A stretch of DNA of 64,000 nucleotides from positions 970,106-1,034,105 of the forward strand of contig CAVSOU010000008.1 in the NCBI GenBank assembly GCA_963729625.1. The letters run 5' to 3'. A program made the position numbers and the translations under genes. The notes under the pieces were generated by a model. The model was given only the letters and a program-made list of their open reading frames with translations, was not told the DNA's origin and did not search any database. This DNA is from an uncultured bacterium (lineage in GTDB: Bacteria; Chloroflexota; UBA5177; JANWHV01). Of this stretch, positions 20,452 through 31,275 are shown piece by piece; position 1 is the stretch's first letter, and each line of letters begins with the position of its first letter.

Positions 20452-21905
20452 CTAGGTCCGGTTCGGCAACACCGTCCGCGTCCAGGTCGTGCCTCCGTCC
20501 ATCGTGTGGAGCAGCACGCCGCCCGAGCCTGCGGTCCAACCCTGCCTGGCATCCACGAACGTGATACTGTACAGACCCTCGTCGCAACCGCTCGCCTGCC
20601 GCGACCAGTGCCGGCCGCCGTCGACGGTGGCGAGGATCGCACCGCTGGTGCACGCGACCCAACCATGCAGCGCATCCGCGAACGCGACTGCGTTGAATGC
20701 CTGGCTTGCCTCCGACAATTGGATCTCCCAGGTCGATCCGCCGTTCGAGGTGAGGAGAATGGCGCCGCGCCGGCTGACTATCCACGCCCTCGCTTCATCG
20801 ATGCAAGCCACGCCGGACAAGTCACGGTCTGTGCCGCCGCTTTGCAGTACCCAGGTCTCTCCGCCATCGGTGGTGTGGAGGATCGTTCCTGCATTGCCAA
20901 CCACCCGAAAGCGCGGCTCACGCCGCTGGCCTGCACGCTCCAGGTAACTCCGCCGTCGGTGGTGTGCACGATCGTCCCGCCGGCACCGACGGCCCACGCG
21001 GTCAGCGAGCTGGTGCAGGCGACCGCGTGAAGCTCCTGGCGAGTAGGGCTGAGGTCCTGTTCCCACGTTCGTCCACCGTCCGAAGTGCGCAGGATCACAC
21101 CCTGACTGCCGACCGTCCAGCCATCCAGGTTGTTGGCCATCGCCACGGCGTTGTGGTCGAGCCAGTCCGGCTCCACCAAGGCCGTCCACGTGCGCCCGCC
21201 GTCCTCGCTGTGAGCCAGCCTGCCCAGCGGGCCGACTGCCACGCTGTTATTGACCCCGCCGAATGCCACGCCGAGCAAGCTGGTAGCGCGTGCCACCCCC
21301 GCCGGTCGCCGCTGCTCTGGAGGGTTAGCTTGCGCCGGCGGAGACCATCGCGGCGCCAGGGATGGCACAGCCAGCTCCGGCCGGGACCATACACGAGCCG
21401 GTTCTATGTCAGCAAACCCTGCAACTATGCGCGTGATGCCGGCCACCGCGATGACCACCGCGGCCGTCTCCATCAGCCACAGTCCGGCGCCGGCGCCTAC
21501 CGAGACGTAATTGTGCAGCCACGACAGCGCGGTGTCGGCCGCGCTTAAGGCGGCGATGTAGCGCGCACCCAGCGCGAGCAGCACCGCCGCCAGCGCCATT
21601 TCCACCATCCCCTGGGCCTGGCGCCCGTCTCGCTGGCGCAGGAGCACGGTCAGCTCGATGACCGCAGCCATGCCGCCCAGCATCAGCGCGTACCAGCCGT
21701 CGAGGACCTGCGAATCCACACCGCTCCACGAGATGCTGGTGGTGGTGGTCGAGCCGTTGGCGTCCTGGTAGCTGGACTGCGCGGTGATCCAGGGCAGAAA
21801 AGCGCAGACCGCCGCCACGGTCCCGGCGATCAGTGCTGTGACGGTAGGGCCAACCGCCAGGTCCGAGGTCGTGCTGCCGTTCCTTGCCGCTCCAGACGAA
21901 TACAT
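20452..21905 (-). pseudogene. Four-TM membrane protein (paralog 2) fused to Ycf48/BNR repeats, frameshift/deletion near 20915
   Basis: The N-terminal membrane domain and first BNR blades are in ORF 20778..21905; the remaining TxDGGxTW blades are in ORF 20452..21189. Confidence 0.8.
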
Positions 21906-21964
21906 GGGGCAACCTCCAATTCGCTATCGCGCGGGCTCCCGCCGCACGGTTGGCCGGTGACAGG

Positions 21965-22924
21965 TCACTCTAGCTGCACGCTGCGTGCCGCTGCCCAGCC
22001 GGTGATGATCTGGCCGCCCGCGTTGAGTGCGGCGACGCTCCACAGGTACGTGCCCTTCGGCATATTGGCCGTGCTGATAGTGGCCCTAGTCGCCAGGACC
22101 GTGCTGGCCGCCGTCGCGACGGTCGCGGCCGTAATTGCCTGGCCGGGGTCGGCCTTCACCAGCCAGACATGGACGAGGTAGGCTGCGGCACGGGGAAACG
22201 GCTTCCATGCCAGCGGCAGGCCGGTGCCGGTGACGATCGCTTTGTCTGCCGGGAAGGTCAGGGCGACCGCAGGGCCAATGGGCGGCGTTGGCTTAGGTAG
22301 AGGTGGAGTTCCCTTGACGCCCCGCATGCGAATCGTGATGCGAAAGCCGACTGAGGTGTCGCAGTCGTTGCTACTGGTTTTGTGCTCCCAAAATGCCAGG
22401 ACGTTCGCGCCCGGCTTGAGCTGTGCTGCCACCGAGAGCGTATGTAGGCTGTGATCGAGACTGTCGGCAACGTAGCTGCCGTTGAGATAGAGCCAATTGG
22501 AGTGCTGATTGGTGTAATACTGCACGTACTCGGGTGGATGGTCGTAGTTCGCATAGATGAGGGTGCTGCCTTCGTACGACTGCGCTTCCGACACGGTGAA
22601 CCTGGTGCGGAAGAGATAGAAGTCCTGTGCGTTTGGGCCGTAGAACAACGGCAGTCCGCCAAGTGGGCCGAGTGCCGTGTGCACGCAATCTGCCGTGGCG
22701 CCGAGAACAGGAACCGCGTGATCCCAGATGGAGTCATCGAAAGCGACAGTGTTCCAATCAGCGGGCCACGTATTGTTATTAGGTCCCAGATCGAGCACTT
22801 TGGTCGCGGAGCTCATCTGAATGACTATACTGCTGTCGTACGCTCGCGCTGTTTCTTGGTGCACCGGCGCCACCAGCATCAGACCGAGTATGACAACGGC
22901 CACGAAACGGCACACGCTTCGCAT
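21965..22924 (-). CDS. Secreted protein with one jelly-roll module + FN3/Ig-like C-terminus
   Basis: ATG 22924 after AAAGGAGGT; signal peptide; module homologous to the repeats in 3848..5708. Confidence 0.8.
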   Translation of the reverse strand: MRSVCRFVAVVILGLMLVAPVHQETARAYDSSIVIQMSSATKVLDLGPNNNTWPADWNTVAFDDSIWDHAVPVLGATADCVHTALGPLGGLPLFYGPNAQDFYLFRTRFTVSEAQSYEGSTLIYANYDHPPEYVQYYTNQHSNWLYLNGSYVADSLDHSLHTLSVAAQLKPGANVLAFWEHKTSSNDCDTSVGFRITIRMRGVKGTPPLPKPTPPIGPAVALTFPADKAIVTGTGLPLAWKPFPRAAAYLVHVWLVKADPGQAITAATVATAASTVLATRATISTANMPKGTYLWSVAALNAGGQIITGWAAARSVQLE

Positions 22925-22959
22925 CGACCTACCTCCTTTCAGGTTCACGCTCTTCGAGC

Positions 22960-23634
22960 TCAGATCGCTTGCTGCCGCGTCAAGCTCAGGTGCCACACGC
23001 CTCCGATGGCCACGAGCACGCCGGCGATCGCGGCAAGCCACAGCCCGACGCCGGCGCTGATCCCGACGCCGATGGCAGAAAGGAACGCGCCGCCCAACGA
23101 TCCGGCGGTGGACGATATGTCGCTGACGTCGCGCAACGCGATATACGCGACGGCCGCGCCCAGGATCAGCTCGCCGATGCCCTGCAGGGTCCGTTCCTCA
23201 CGGCCACGCGCGAGGGCGATCACCTGGATCAGGACCGCGGCGCCGCCCAGTACAAGCACCCACCAGCCGTCACCGCCCACGCTCGTGCCGCTGGCGGATG
23301 CGGTCGCGCTGTAGGCGGAGCTGCCGGCCGAGACGGTGACCCAGGGCAGAAACACCGACACCGCCGCGCCGATCACCGCCGCGGCGACACCTGCTAGGAG
23401 CACGAGCCAGGCCGCGCCGGTGATCGGCGCGGGAGCGTAGACCGGCGGGGACGCCGATAACCGCGCTGGGTCGAGCAGCAGCGCGGGAACACCCGACCGC
23501 TCCGCACCAGTATCCGCCGACGCGCCAGCTGCCACGGCCGCGCCGCAGCGTGGACAGAATCGCGCGTGCGAGGGATTTGCCGCACCGCAGAGCCTGCAGT
23601 AGCCGCCCTGCGCAGGTTCACCTTCCATAGCCAT
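22960..23634 (-). CDS. Zinc-ribbon + four-TM membrane protein (paralog 3)
   Basis: CRLC...CPRC; FLPWVTV...GDGWW...GVGLWL. Start placed at MAMEG. Confidence 0.8.
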   Translation of the reverse strand: MAMEGEPAQGGYCRLCGAANPSHARFCPRCGAAVAAGASADTGAERSGVPALLLDPARLSASPPVYAPAPITGAAWLVLLAGVAAAVIGAAVSVFLPWVTVSAGSSAYSATASASGTSVGGDGWWVLVLGGAAVLIQVIALARGREERTLQGIGELILGAAVAYIALRDVSDISSTAGSLGGAFLSAIGVGISAGVGLWLAAIAGVLVAIGGVWHLSLTRQQAI

Positions 23635-23793
23635 GCTCCGCATTCCACTATGCGCGCTCAACGCATCGAGCCACGGCCGTCTCAGCCACGACGCCGCCTC
23701 GAGCCGGATCGGCGGCCGATCGAGCGTATCCGCGCTCCCGTTCTCGCGTCTGCCGGACCCGCCGCCGGCCGCTCGGCACCGAGCGCCGCGAAC

Positions 23794-23826
23794 AGCATAG
23801 CAGTCGGGCATTAGGCCGGCATTAGG
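23794..23826 (-). promoter_or_regulatory. CCTAAYG direct-repeat operator + extended -10, copy 5
   Basis: Minus strand: cctaatg ccgg cctaatg cccgac tgc tatgct. Confidence 0.85.
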
Positions 23827-23964
23827 CGAGAGCGCGGTTCCGCGGAGCTTGGCCTGCGCCGGCCGCGGCACGCCAGTTCGTGGTCATGCACTGGTTCCTC
23901 AACAGTGAGCCGGCTCGCCAGGCATGCAGGGCGACCGGCAGACTTTACTCGGTTTTGCGATCGG

Positions 23965-23997
23965 CCTAATGGTCGCCTAATGCCACGCTGCTATACT
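23965..23997 (+). promoter_or_regulatory. CCTAAYG direct-repeat operator + extended -10, copy 6
   Basis: cctaatg gtcg cctaatg ccacgc tgc tatact; divergent from copy 5. Confidence 0.88.
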
Positions 23998-24110
23998 TGC
24001 GCCATCGCATGGGAACCCGGCGGTTCAGCCCGGCCGAGTAAGGGATATTCGTGTGATCGCTGCATCGGTCGTAAGGCAGCGGCGCCGGCACGCCGACATG
24101 AGGGCGCATC

Positions 24111-25880
24111 GTGACACCACGTGATCCGGAAGCGCAACCGACCGTCACGCAAGCCGCTCCGGCGGACGCGCCGGATCCTGCGCGCCGGGCGCCGTATCCC
24201 CCGGCCGCCCCGGTGACGAGCCGGGCGTGGCGTGGCGCCGCGCACGCGGTGCCGCCGATCCTTGTCGTGCTTTCTGCTCTCGTCATCCTCGGCAGCGTGC
24301 TGGCCATCGCCCTCTTTGCGCCTCGCTCGCGGTCGTCGCCGCCGCCAACGCCGACCGTCGACGCGAGCGCCGCCACGCAGGAGGCCGCGACCTTCGCGGC
24401 CCTTGCCTTGCAGACCGCCCCGCCAAGCGTCGCCCCAGATACCGCGACGCCGGCGTCCACCGACACGACGGTCCTCACCGACGCGCCGGCGTCCACAAAC
24501 ACGCCGGTAAGCGTGCCGGCTCAGGCCAACGCGGGCGGCGTGAGCGTCTGCACAGCGGACGACTTCTCCCGATTCAAGGACCTGTGCACGCGGCCGGACG
24601 CCTCGATCTCGCCCGACCAGTACGACGCGGCGCGCCTCGTCGTCGCGGGCCCGAATGGCGGCCGGTTCCAGAATGACGGCCTGCAGTTTCTGCTGGACCA
24701 GCAGAACGACGACGGCAGCTTCACGCGCCTCGGTTCTGCCGCCGATTCAGTGCCAGTTGCCGATACGAGCGAATCGCATATGCTGTCCTGGCTCTTCGAC
24801 GCCACGGGGAACACACCGGCATTCGACGGCACGCGCTACGAGGTCGAGGTAGACTCCGGCGACCAGAAGAGTCTCGGCGTCGTTGACTTCGCGCTCGCCG
24901 CTACAACCGGCGTAACCGTGCCGACGGGTACGCCTGCCGGGCCGCTGCCGGCTCCCACTTCCAGCCCGGGCGCCGGGAACGAGAGCGGTCCCGTGCGGAG
25001 CGACGGCACCGTGGCGCCTCTGCCAGCCACCGAAACACCTGCTGTATCCACGGAGCAGGACACGGCCACGAGTGTTCCCATAGCCATGGCGTCCGACACG
25101 CCGGAGGATACACTCACCGACGTGCCGACAGACACCGAGATGCCGACCGACGTGCCAACCGAGACTCCCACGCCGCCGGACACCGACACGCCGACCGAGA
25201 TTCCCACGGAGACGCCGATCCCCACAGCGTTCGTCCCCAATCTCACCGTCGCGGGCAATGCCTGCGCCGGTGCTCGAACGGCGGCAAACACCGTGGTGCG
25301 CTTCTACCTCGCGGTAGACGAGCGGCGCTACGCCGACGCCTACCAATGTCTCAGTCCGGAGCGCCAGGCGGCGCAGTCTCTGGACGACTGGATTCACGGC
25401 TACGACACGACCGTGGCCTCGCCGCTCGTCGTCGCCGATCAGCTCGACGCCACCACCGTGGACGACGTGCTCGACGCCGTGGATCGCAAGAACGGCGTGC
25501 TGATCGCCACGCGGTTCACGTTCCAGTGGCAGCTCGACGCCAACGGCCTGCTGTACCACGCGAAAGAGACCGGCCAGACCAGCGGGCAGGTGGACGACAT
25601 CCCGGCCACCGACCCGGCAGAGATCATCGCGGCGGACGGGCAGCAGATCGTCAGCTCTCAGGACGCCTACCTCACGGGCGGCGGCGTGCCGGACCACATC
25701 TACATCACCGACAACGGCGGCGGCAGGCAGGTGTGGATCTATGAGGGCAACCACCTGATCTTCGCCGAGACGTTGAGCGACATCCAGGACGTGCAGCCCG
25801 CGGCGTCGAGCGACGGATTCACCATCGACTGGTCCGGCGGCAGCGAGACCTGGCGCTGGACGCCGGAGGGCTTCGCGTAA
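24111..25880 (+). CDS. Membrane-anchored acidic protein with Pro/Thr-rich linkers and NTF2-like C-terminal region
   Basis: N-terminal TM; PTDTE/PTET repeats; VVRFYLAVDERRYADAYQCLS. Confidence 0.75.
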   Translation: MTPRDPEAQPTVTQAAPADAPDPARRAPYPPAAPVTSRAWRGAAHAVPPILVVLSALVILGSVLAIALFAPRSRSSPPPTPTVDASAATQEAATFAALALQTAPPSVAPDTATPASTDTTVLTDAPASTNTPVSVPAQANAGGVSVCTADDFSRFKDLCTRPDASISPDQYDAARLVVAGPNGGRFQNDGLQFLLDQQNDDGSFTRLGSAADSVPVADTSESHMLSWLFDATGNTPAFDGTRYEVEVDSGDQKSLGVVDFALAATTGVTVPTGTPAGPLPAPTSSPGAGNESGPVRSDGTVAPLPATETPAVSTEQDTATSVPIAMASDTPEDTLTDVPTDTEMPTDVPTETPTPPDTDTPTEIPTETPIPTAFVPNLTVAGNACAGARTAANTVVRFYLAVDERRYADAYQCLSPERQAAQSLDDWIHGYDTTVASPLVVADQLDATTVDDVLDAVDRKNGVLIATRFTFQWQLDANGLLYHAKETGQTSGQVDDIPATDPAEIIAADGQQIVSSQDAYLTGGGVPDHIYITDNGGGRQVWIYEGNHLIFAETLSDIQDVQPAASSDGFTIDWSGGSETWRWTPEGFA

Positions 25881-27059
25881 ATGGGGCCGGTAGCCCGGGC
25901 CTCCAGCTTCGGCAAGAGGGCAGCGGCCGTGTCAGCTGCGGCCTTGCTGCTGGCCTGCCTGCCCGGACTGCCTTCCCTGGACATGGCCAGGGCTGGCGGC
26001 GGCAGCCCCGCGACCTGCGCCTTCCAGCGACTGGACCTGCGCGCCGAGATCGGCCAGATCATCGTGGTCTCTTTCGACGGCGACCGCCCATCCGCCGGTC
26101 TGAGCGATCTGCTTCGCGCCTGGCCGGTCGGCGGCATCATCCTCTTCGATCGCAATGTCGGCAGCACAGTTGGCCTTACAGCGCTCATCGTCGGCGCGCA
26201 GCAGGTGGTTGCCGTGCCGCTCCTCGTGGCGGTCGACCAAGAGGGCGGGACGGTCGTGCGCATCCGTGCCGGCGTCACCCCGCTGCCGTCGGAGAGGTAC
26301 TATGGCCGAACCAGGTCGCCGGCACGCGTCTTCGCGGACGCCCGAACCGAGGGATTGGCCCTCAAGCGTCTGGGCGTCAACCTCAATCTGGCCCCGGTGG
26401 TCGACGTGCGGGTAGCGCCGGGCAGCGCTATCGGCAGCCGGAGCTTCGGCCCCGATCCCACGCTAGATGCCACGCTCGCCTCCGCGGCCATTCGCGGCTA
26501 TCAATCGGCCGGCATCGGCGCCACCGCCAAGCATTTTCTCGGCCTGGGAGAAGTGACGCTCAACGCCGATCTGGAGTTGCCGGTGGTGAGCGCGACGCGC
26601 GGGCAGCTCGAGGCGAACGACATGCCGCCCATGCGCGCGGCCGTGCATGCCGGCGTCGCCGCGATCATGGTCACGCGGGTGGCGATTCCGGCCCTGGATC
26701 CGTCCGGCACGCCCGCCTACGCCTCGCCGGTCATGATCCAGCAGGTGATTCGTGGCGAGCTGGGCTACGCGGGAGCGCTGATTACCGACAGCCTGCTGAC
26801 GCCAGCCGTGTTCGCCGGGCCCGGTCCGGCCGCGGCGGCAGTGGCTGCGCTGGGAGCAGGCGACGACATGTTGCTGGTGGGCACCGGCGCCGAGCAGTAC
26901 CAGTCGCAGGTCGTGCCGACGATCGCGGCGATCTACGAGGCAGTGGAGCAAGGCGAGGTGCCAAGGAGCCGCGTCGACGACGCGGCGATGCACGTGCTGC
27001 GGCTCAAGGCCCGGCTCGGCCTGCTGCCGCCGTGCTCGGCGGGGCCGGTGAGGACGTAA
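25881..27059 (+). CDS. Exported GH3 N-terminal-domain glycosidase (NagZ-like)
   Basis: AVDQEGG.V.R, NLAPVVDV, IGSRSFG, KHFLGLG, LITDSL; signal peptide. Confidence 0.88.
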   Translation: MGPVARASSFGKRAAAVSAAALLLACLPGLPSLDMARAGGGSPATCAFQRLDLRAEIGQIIVVSFDGDRPSAGLSDLLRAWPVGGIILFDRNVGSTVGLTALIVGAQQVVAVPLLVAVDQEGGTVVRIRAGVTPLPSERYYGRTRSPARVFADARTEGLALKRLGVNLNLAPVVDVRVAPGSAIGSRSFGPDPTLDATLASAAIRGYQSAGIGATAKHFLGLGEVTLNADLELPVVSATRGQLEANDMPPMRAAVHAGVAAIMVTRVAIPALDPSGTPAYASPVMIQQVIRGELGYAGALITDSLLTPAVFAGPGPAAAAVAALGAGDDMLLVGTGAEQYQSQVVPTIAAIYEAVEQGEVPRSRVDDAAMHVLRLKARLGLLPPCSAGPVRT

Positions 27060-27161
27060 GGCCGGTCGGCCGGGCAAGAGGCCGTCTCGCACGCGTGACT
27101 GCGGCTTCGCTGCAAGGCGCCGGAGGGTGTGGCGGGAAGATGCCGGCCGGTGCGTTTTCGG

Positions 27162-27194
27162 CCTAACGCTCACCTAATGCGCGGGTGCTAGGAT
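27162..27194 (+). promoter_or_regulatory. CCTAAYG direct-repeat operator + extended -10, copy 7
   Basis: cctaacg ctca cctaatg cgcggg tgc taggat. Confidence 0.85.
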
Positions 27195-27277
27195 AGGCGT
27201 GCGCTGCCGGGGCCGCCCACGGGGCAGCCCTCGACGGAGGCGTTATTGGCGGTGCGCAAGTTGCGCAGGGAGGGCGT

Positions 27278-30200
27278 ATGTCACGCGTTACACCTCGCGT
27301 TCTCGTGGGAGTTCTTCTCGTCGCGCAGCTACTCTTGCCGCAGGTCGGGGCGCCGCGCACAGGGGCGGCGCAGGCGCACTCGAGCCGCGCCGCGGCGTCC
27401 GCTATGCCTGCGGAGTCGACGGCCGTACCGGGCGCAATCGCCACCGGCGAGGCAGCGGCGACGGATGCGGCGACAGATATACCGACGACGTCGGAGGCGC
27501 CTGCTACCGCTGTAGCCACAAGCGTCCCCTTTGCGTTGGCGACTAGCGTCACATTGCCGGTACCGTCTTCCACAGGAAATCACGGCGGGCTTGATGGTAG
27601 CTCAGTGCCGGCAGTAGGTCCGAATTCTACTTGGACAGGGCGAGCGTGCATCATCGATGCTCCTGCCGCGGTGTACCTAGGCGTGGGTTATGCCGGGCAC
27701 GTCGGATGGGCCTTTACCTCTAGCAGCACCAATTCCTCCTGGACATACGGAGCTACCGAGGGTACGGCCGCGACGGACAACTGGTCAAACGTGGGATCCT
27801 GGGCAGACCTTGTCAATGATTTCGCGCACAAACGTGCTGCAGATAGTCCATACACGCAATACCGGTGTGTCGATGTATCTTCGCCCGATCTCGCTGCTGC
27901 CAACACGGCTGTCGATCAGCAGGACTCGCAGCCGTACGTGCTCGTTCTCAGCGATTGCTTGAGCAGGGCGGTAGCCATCCTGCGAGCCTATGGCGTATCG
28001 CTTCCCGACAGTGAATTGATATTTGCTGGTCCGAATATCTATTTCATTGACCACCTGACTAACTTCGACCAAATCATGCAGATCACCTGCGCCGCTCCGG
28101 CGCTCCTCGTCCCTAGCAGCGACGCGATCACAGACTCCGAAACGATCACCTTCACCTGGATCGGCGTCGTGATGTGCACCTCTGATAGCTACGCAGTCCA
28201 CAGCTATTCGTTTCGAATCAAAGACACGAGCGACATGGACAACGGGGGCACTACCATTGTCGACACCAACGAGTCAGGCACGCAGCACACCCTTACGCTC
28301 ACAGGTCAAGACAACAAAGATCTGTACTGGGGAGTGAGAGCAGCAAATTCCCCGGCCGGCGCTCCATGGGGCGTGCGTCGATTCCGCATTCAGCCTTCGA
28401 CACCCACACCCGTGGGCCATACCTCACACAACATCGCATATGTTAACTACGACGACAGTGGCTTTACTGAGGCCGGTATTCCGTCGGCAAACCTGTTTGG
28501 CAATGCAATACTGGGGGGACCTGGGCCCACCGGCTCCCCATCGGAGTCTCTGACATACAATGGCATGATGTTCACGCCTCTGACGCGGGCAGCGATATCG
28601 GCTGCTTCGCTTGCTAGTTACGACACCTTAATTCTGTTCGAGATCTGTGACATAGCAACAGCCCTCACACCATCGCAACACGCGGCGATCAATGCATTCC
28701 TCGCTGCTGGCAATAAGATTCTGTTGTTCGACGCGGATCGCTGCGCACCAGGAGTTGGCGGTCAGGTGGATTACTCGTGGTTTACTTACCCATTCTCCAC
28801 AAGCTCGCCAGGGCCTGAAGGCGCGGAAGGCACCCTAACCGTTGTCGAGAACTCAACTCTCACGCAGGGACTTGCAGGGGATCCGTTACTCATATGTCTG
28901 CAGGCCGCCAGCAAGACCTGGGAAGGGACAGGCCATGCCGATCGCGAATGCCCAGTTCGAGCACATCAACGCCACGGCGACGGGGTTTGTGGCGGCGGGC
29001 GAGCCGGCCATCTCCGTGGACACCAAGAAGAAAGAACTGGTCGGGGACTTCAAGAACGGGGGCCGGGAGTGGCGACCCAAAGGCCAGCCGGAGGAAGTAC
29101 GGGTCTACGACTTCCCCATCGCGGGCCAAGGACGGGTGAGCCCCTATGGGGTTTATGACCTGGCCGAGAATGCCGGCTGGGTGAACGTCGGTATCGACCA
29201 TGATACGGCCGCCTTTGCGGTGGCGAGTGTCCGCCGCTGGTGGCAGGAGACGGGCCAGGCGCACTACCCGCTGGCCCAGCGCCTGCTGATCACCGCGGAT
29301 GGCGGCGGCAGCAATGGGTCGCGCGTGCGCCTGTGGAAGTGGGAGTTGCAGCGCCTGGCAGATGAGACCGGTCTGGCCATCACGGTGTGCCACTACCCGT
29401 TAGTGCCGACGAGCTAGGCGACGCGAATACCGCCACGACATCGGACCCACACTGGTATGCGGCGGCCAAGACAACCAATGCCCTTGGCAACAATGGCTAT
29501 TTCTTGGCGTACGCAAGCAACACAGGTCTGACAATCTACAATGGCGCCGACTACTGGTACTCAGATTACCCCACCCAGTCGCTTACGGACCTGTTTCTCA
29601 GCGAGCTTAATCAGCAGTTCAATCCAGACAACCTACCCAGTAGCACGCCGCTTGAGGTAATGGACTATAAGCAAAACTGCCCTGCGAGCATCTGTCCCAA
29701 CCAGGGCGGTACCTGGGCGGGCAGCGCAACCGCCTCCCCGCCGTGGTCGGACTCCCCCAACCTTGATCTTGTGACATCATGTGACACGATTCACAAGAGT
29801 GGCTGTGCCTTGACCTCGGTGGCCAACGTCGCCTACTCGTACGGCATTCGGACGATACCAGGGACCGGCATGGCTCTAGATCCCGGAACCCTTAACACAT
29901 ACCTCAACGGCAAAGGCTGGGCTAACCAGAAATACCCATGCTACATGTACTGGGATATCGCAGCTTCTAGTCTGGGTCTGGCCCTCAACAAGCATAACGG
30001 CGTAGTCTATCCAGCAACTTTGTCAGCGCGGCTCACGCAAGCACTCAGCGACGGGAATTTGCCAATCATCGAGATCACGTGGCCGAACCCGAGTCACCCG
30101 AACGATAGGACATGGGACAACCATCACTGGGTAGTAGTAGTAAATCAGGTTGGAAGCGATTACCGCATCGCCGATCCGTGGTATCCCGCTTCGCCAACCA

Positions 30201-31213
30201 ATTTACTGAGTGCGGACTACCCCAGCCCCTCGCACACGATCACGGATGTAGAAGTGCTCGATCGTGGTTCGCATCCTGGTGGGAACTGGTCTATCACGAT
30301 GCACTCCCCAGCACAATTCCTTGTCACGGATCCCAATGGCCAGGTGACAGGATATGTCGCGAGCTCCGGAACCACAATTAGCAACATTCCGGGTGCGTAT
30401 TACTCGATCTCTCAAGGGCTGTCGGACGATACGGGGGTCGACCCTCCTTTACCTGACATTCCGTTCTTCGAAAACAATTCGCCGATTCCAGGTACCTACA
30501 CGGTCCAGGTGATCGGCACCGGATCGGGACCATATACGCTCGATTTCTCTTCATCTAGCGACTCGGGATCCATCTCTCAGTCAAGTATTAGTGGCATCAC
30601 GTCGGCCGGCCAGGTGGACACGTTCGAGGTTCAAGTGAGCGGCGGCACGAGCATTATCCAGCAGCCGACGCCCCTGCCAACGTCCAGACCGTATATACCA
30701 GTAGTCAGCATGCCAACCGCCACGTCCACACCAACCGCCACTGCCACAAGCGTGCATGCGACGAATACTGCTACCGCAACCGCCACCGCGACCGCGATAC
30801 CGCCGACGGCCACGAGTACGCGCGTGCCGCCCACGGCAACTGCCACCCCCGTGCCGACGCTGATCATCTACCACAACGCGCGCACGGAAGTGGGCGGCCG
30901 CAAAGCGGACTGCACCATCGCAGGCAACACAAAGGGCGCACATGAGCCAGGCTGCGAGATCGTGTCCGGCATTTCGGCGCCCGGCGCCACGGTCGTGTAT
31001 ACGCTGAAGTACGCGGACGGGGCAACGCAAACGTTCACGGACACGGCCGACTTCCGCGGGCACTCGCTGCACCCGTTCAATGTCGCCTACATGCCGCCGA
31101 AGGGCAGCAAGCACGGGCAGCCGGCGACGGTGGCCTACATCACGGTCACGGCGACGCTGAAAAACGGCACCTCGCTTGGTCCGCTGGCCGCGCGGTTCGC
31201 CGTCATCCGCTGA
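27278..31213 (+). pseudogene. Large secreted multidomain protein (permuted papain-like + FN3-like + C39-like peptidase + PT linker + C-terminal domain), split by an ISAzo13 fragment
   Basis: Signal peptide; GHVGWAF...SDCL; after the insert, YKQ...SGCALTS...HHWVVV...IADPW (Peptidase_C39_2-like). The halves join as LAGDP / SADELGD. Confidence 0.75.
28889..29402 (+). mobile_element. Internal fragment of an ISAzo13-family transposase
   Basis: NAQFEHIN, ISVDTKKKELVGDFKNGG, HDTAAFAV, LLITADGGGSNGSRVRLWK, ITVCHYP; flanked by ccgtta at 28883-28888 and 29397-29402. Confidence 0.88.
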
Positions 31214-31245
31214 CCACCCCGTGGGTCATCAGCCCTGCTCTGACG

Positions 31246-31275
31246 AAGGGCCGTGCTGAAAAGCGCGGCCCTTTT
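31246..31275 (+). terminator. Intrinsic terminator
   Basis: Stem aagggccgtgct / agcgcggccctt with gaaa loop and a short T run, downstream of the 31213 stop. Confidence 0.65.
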
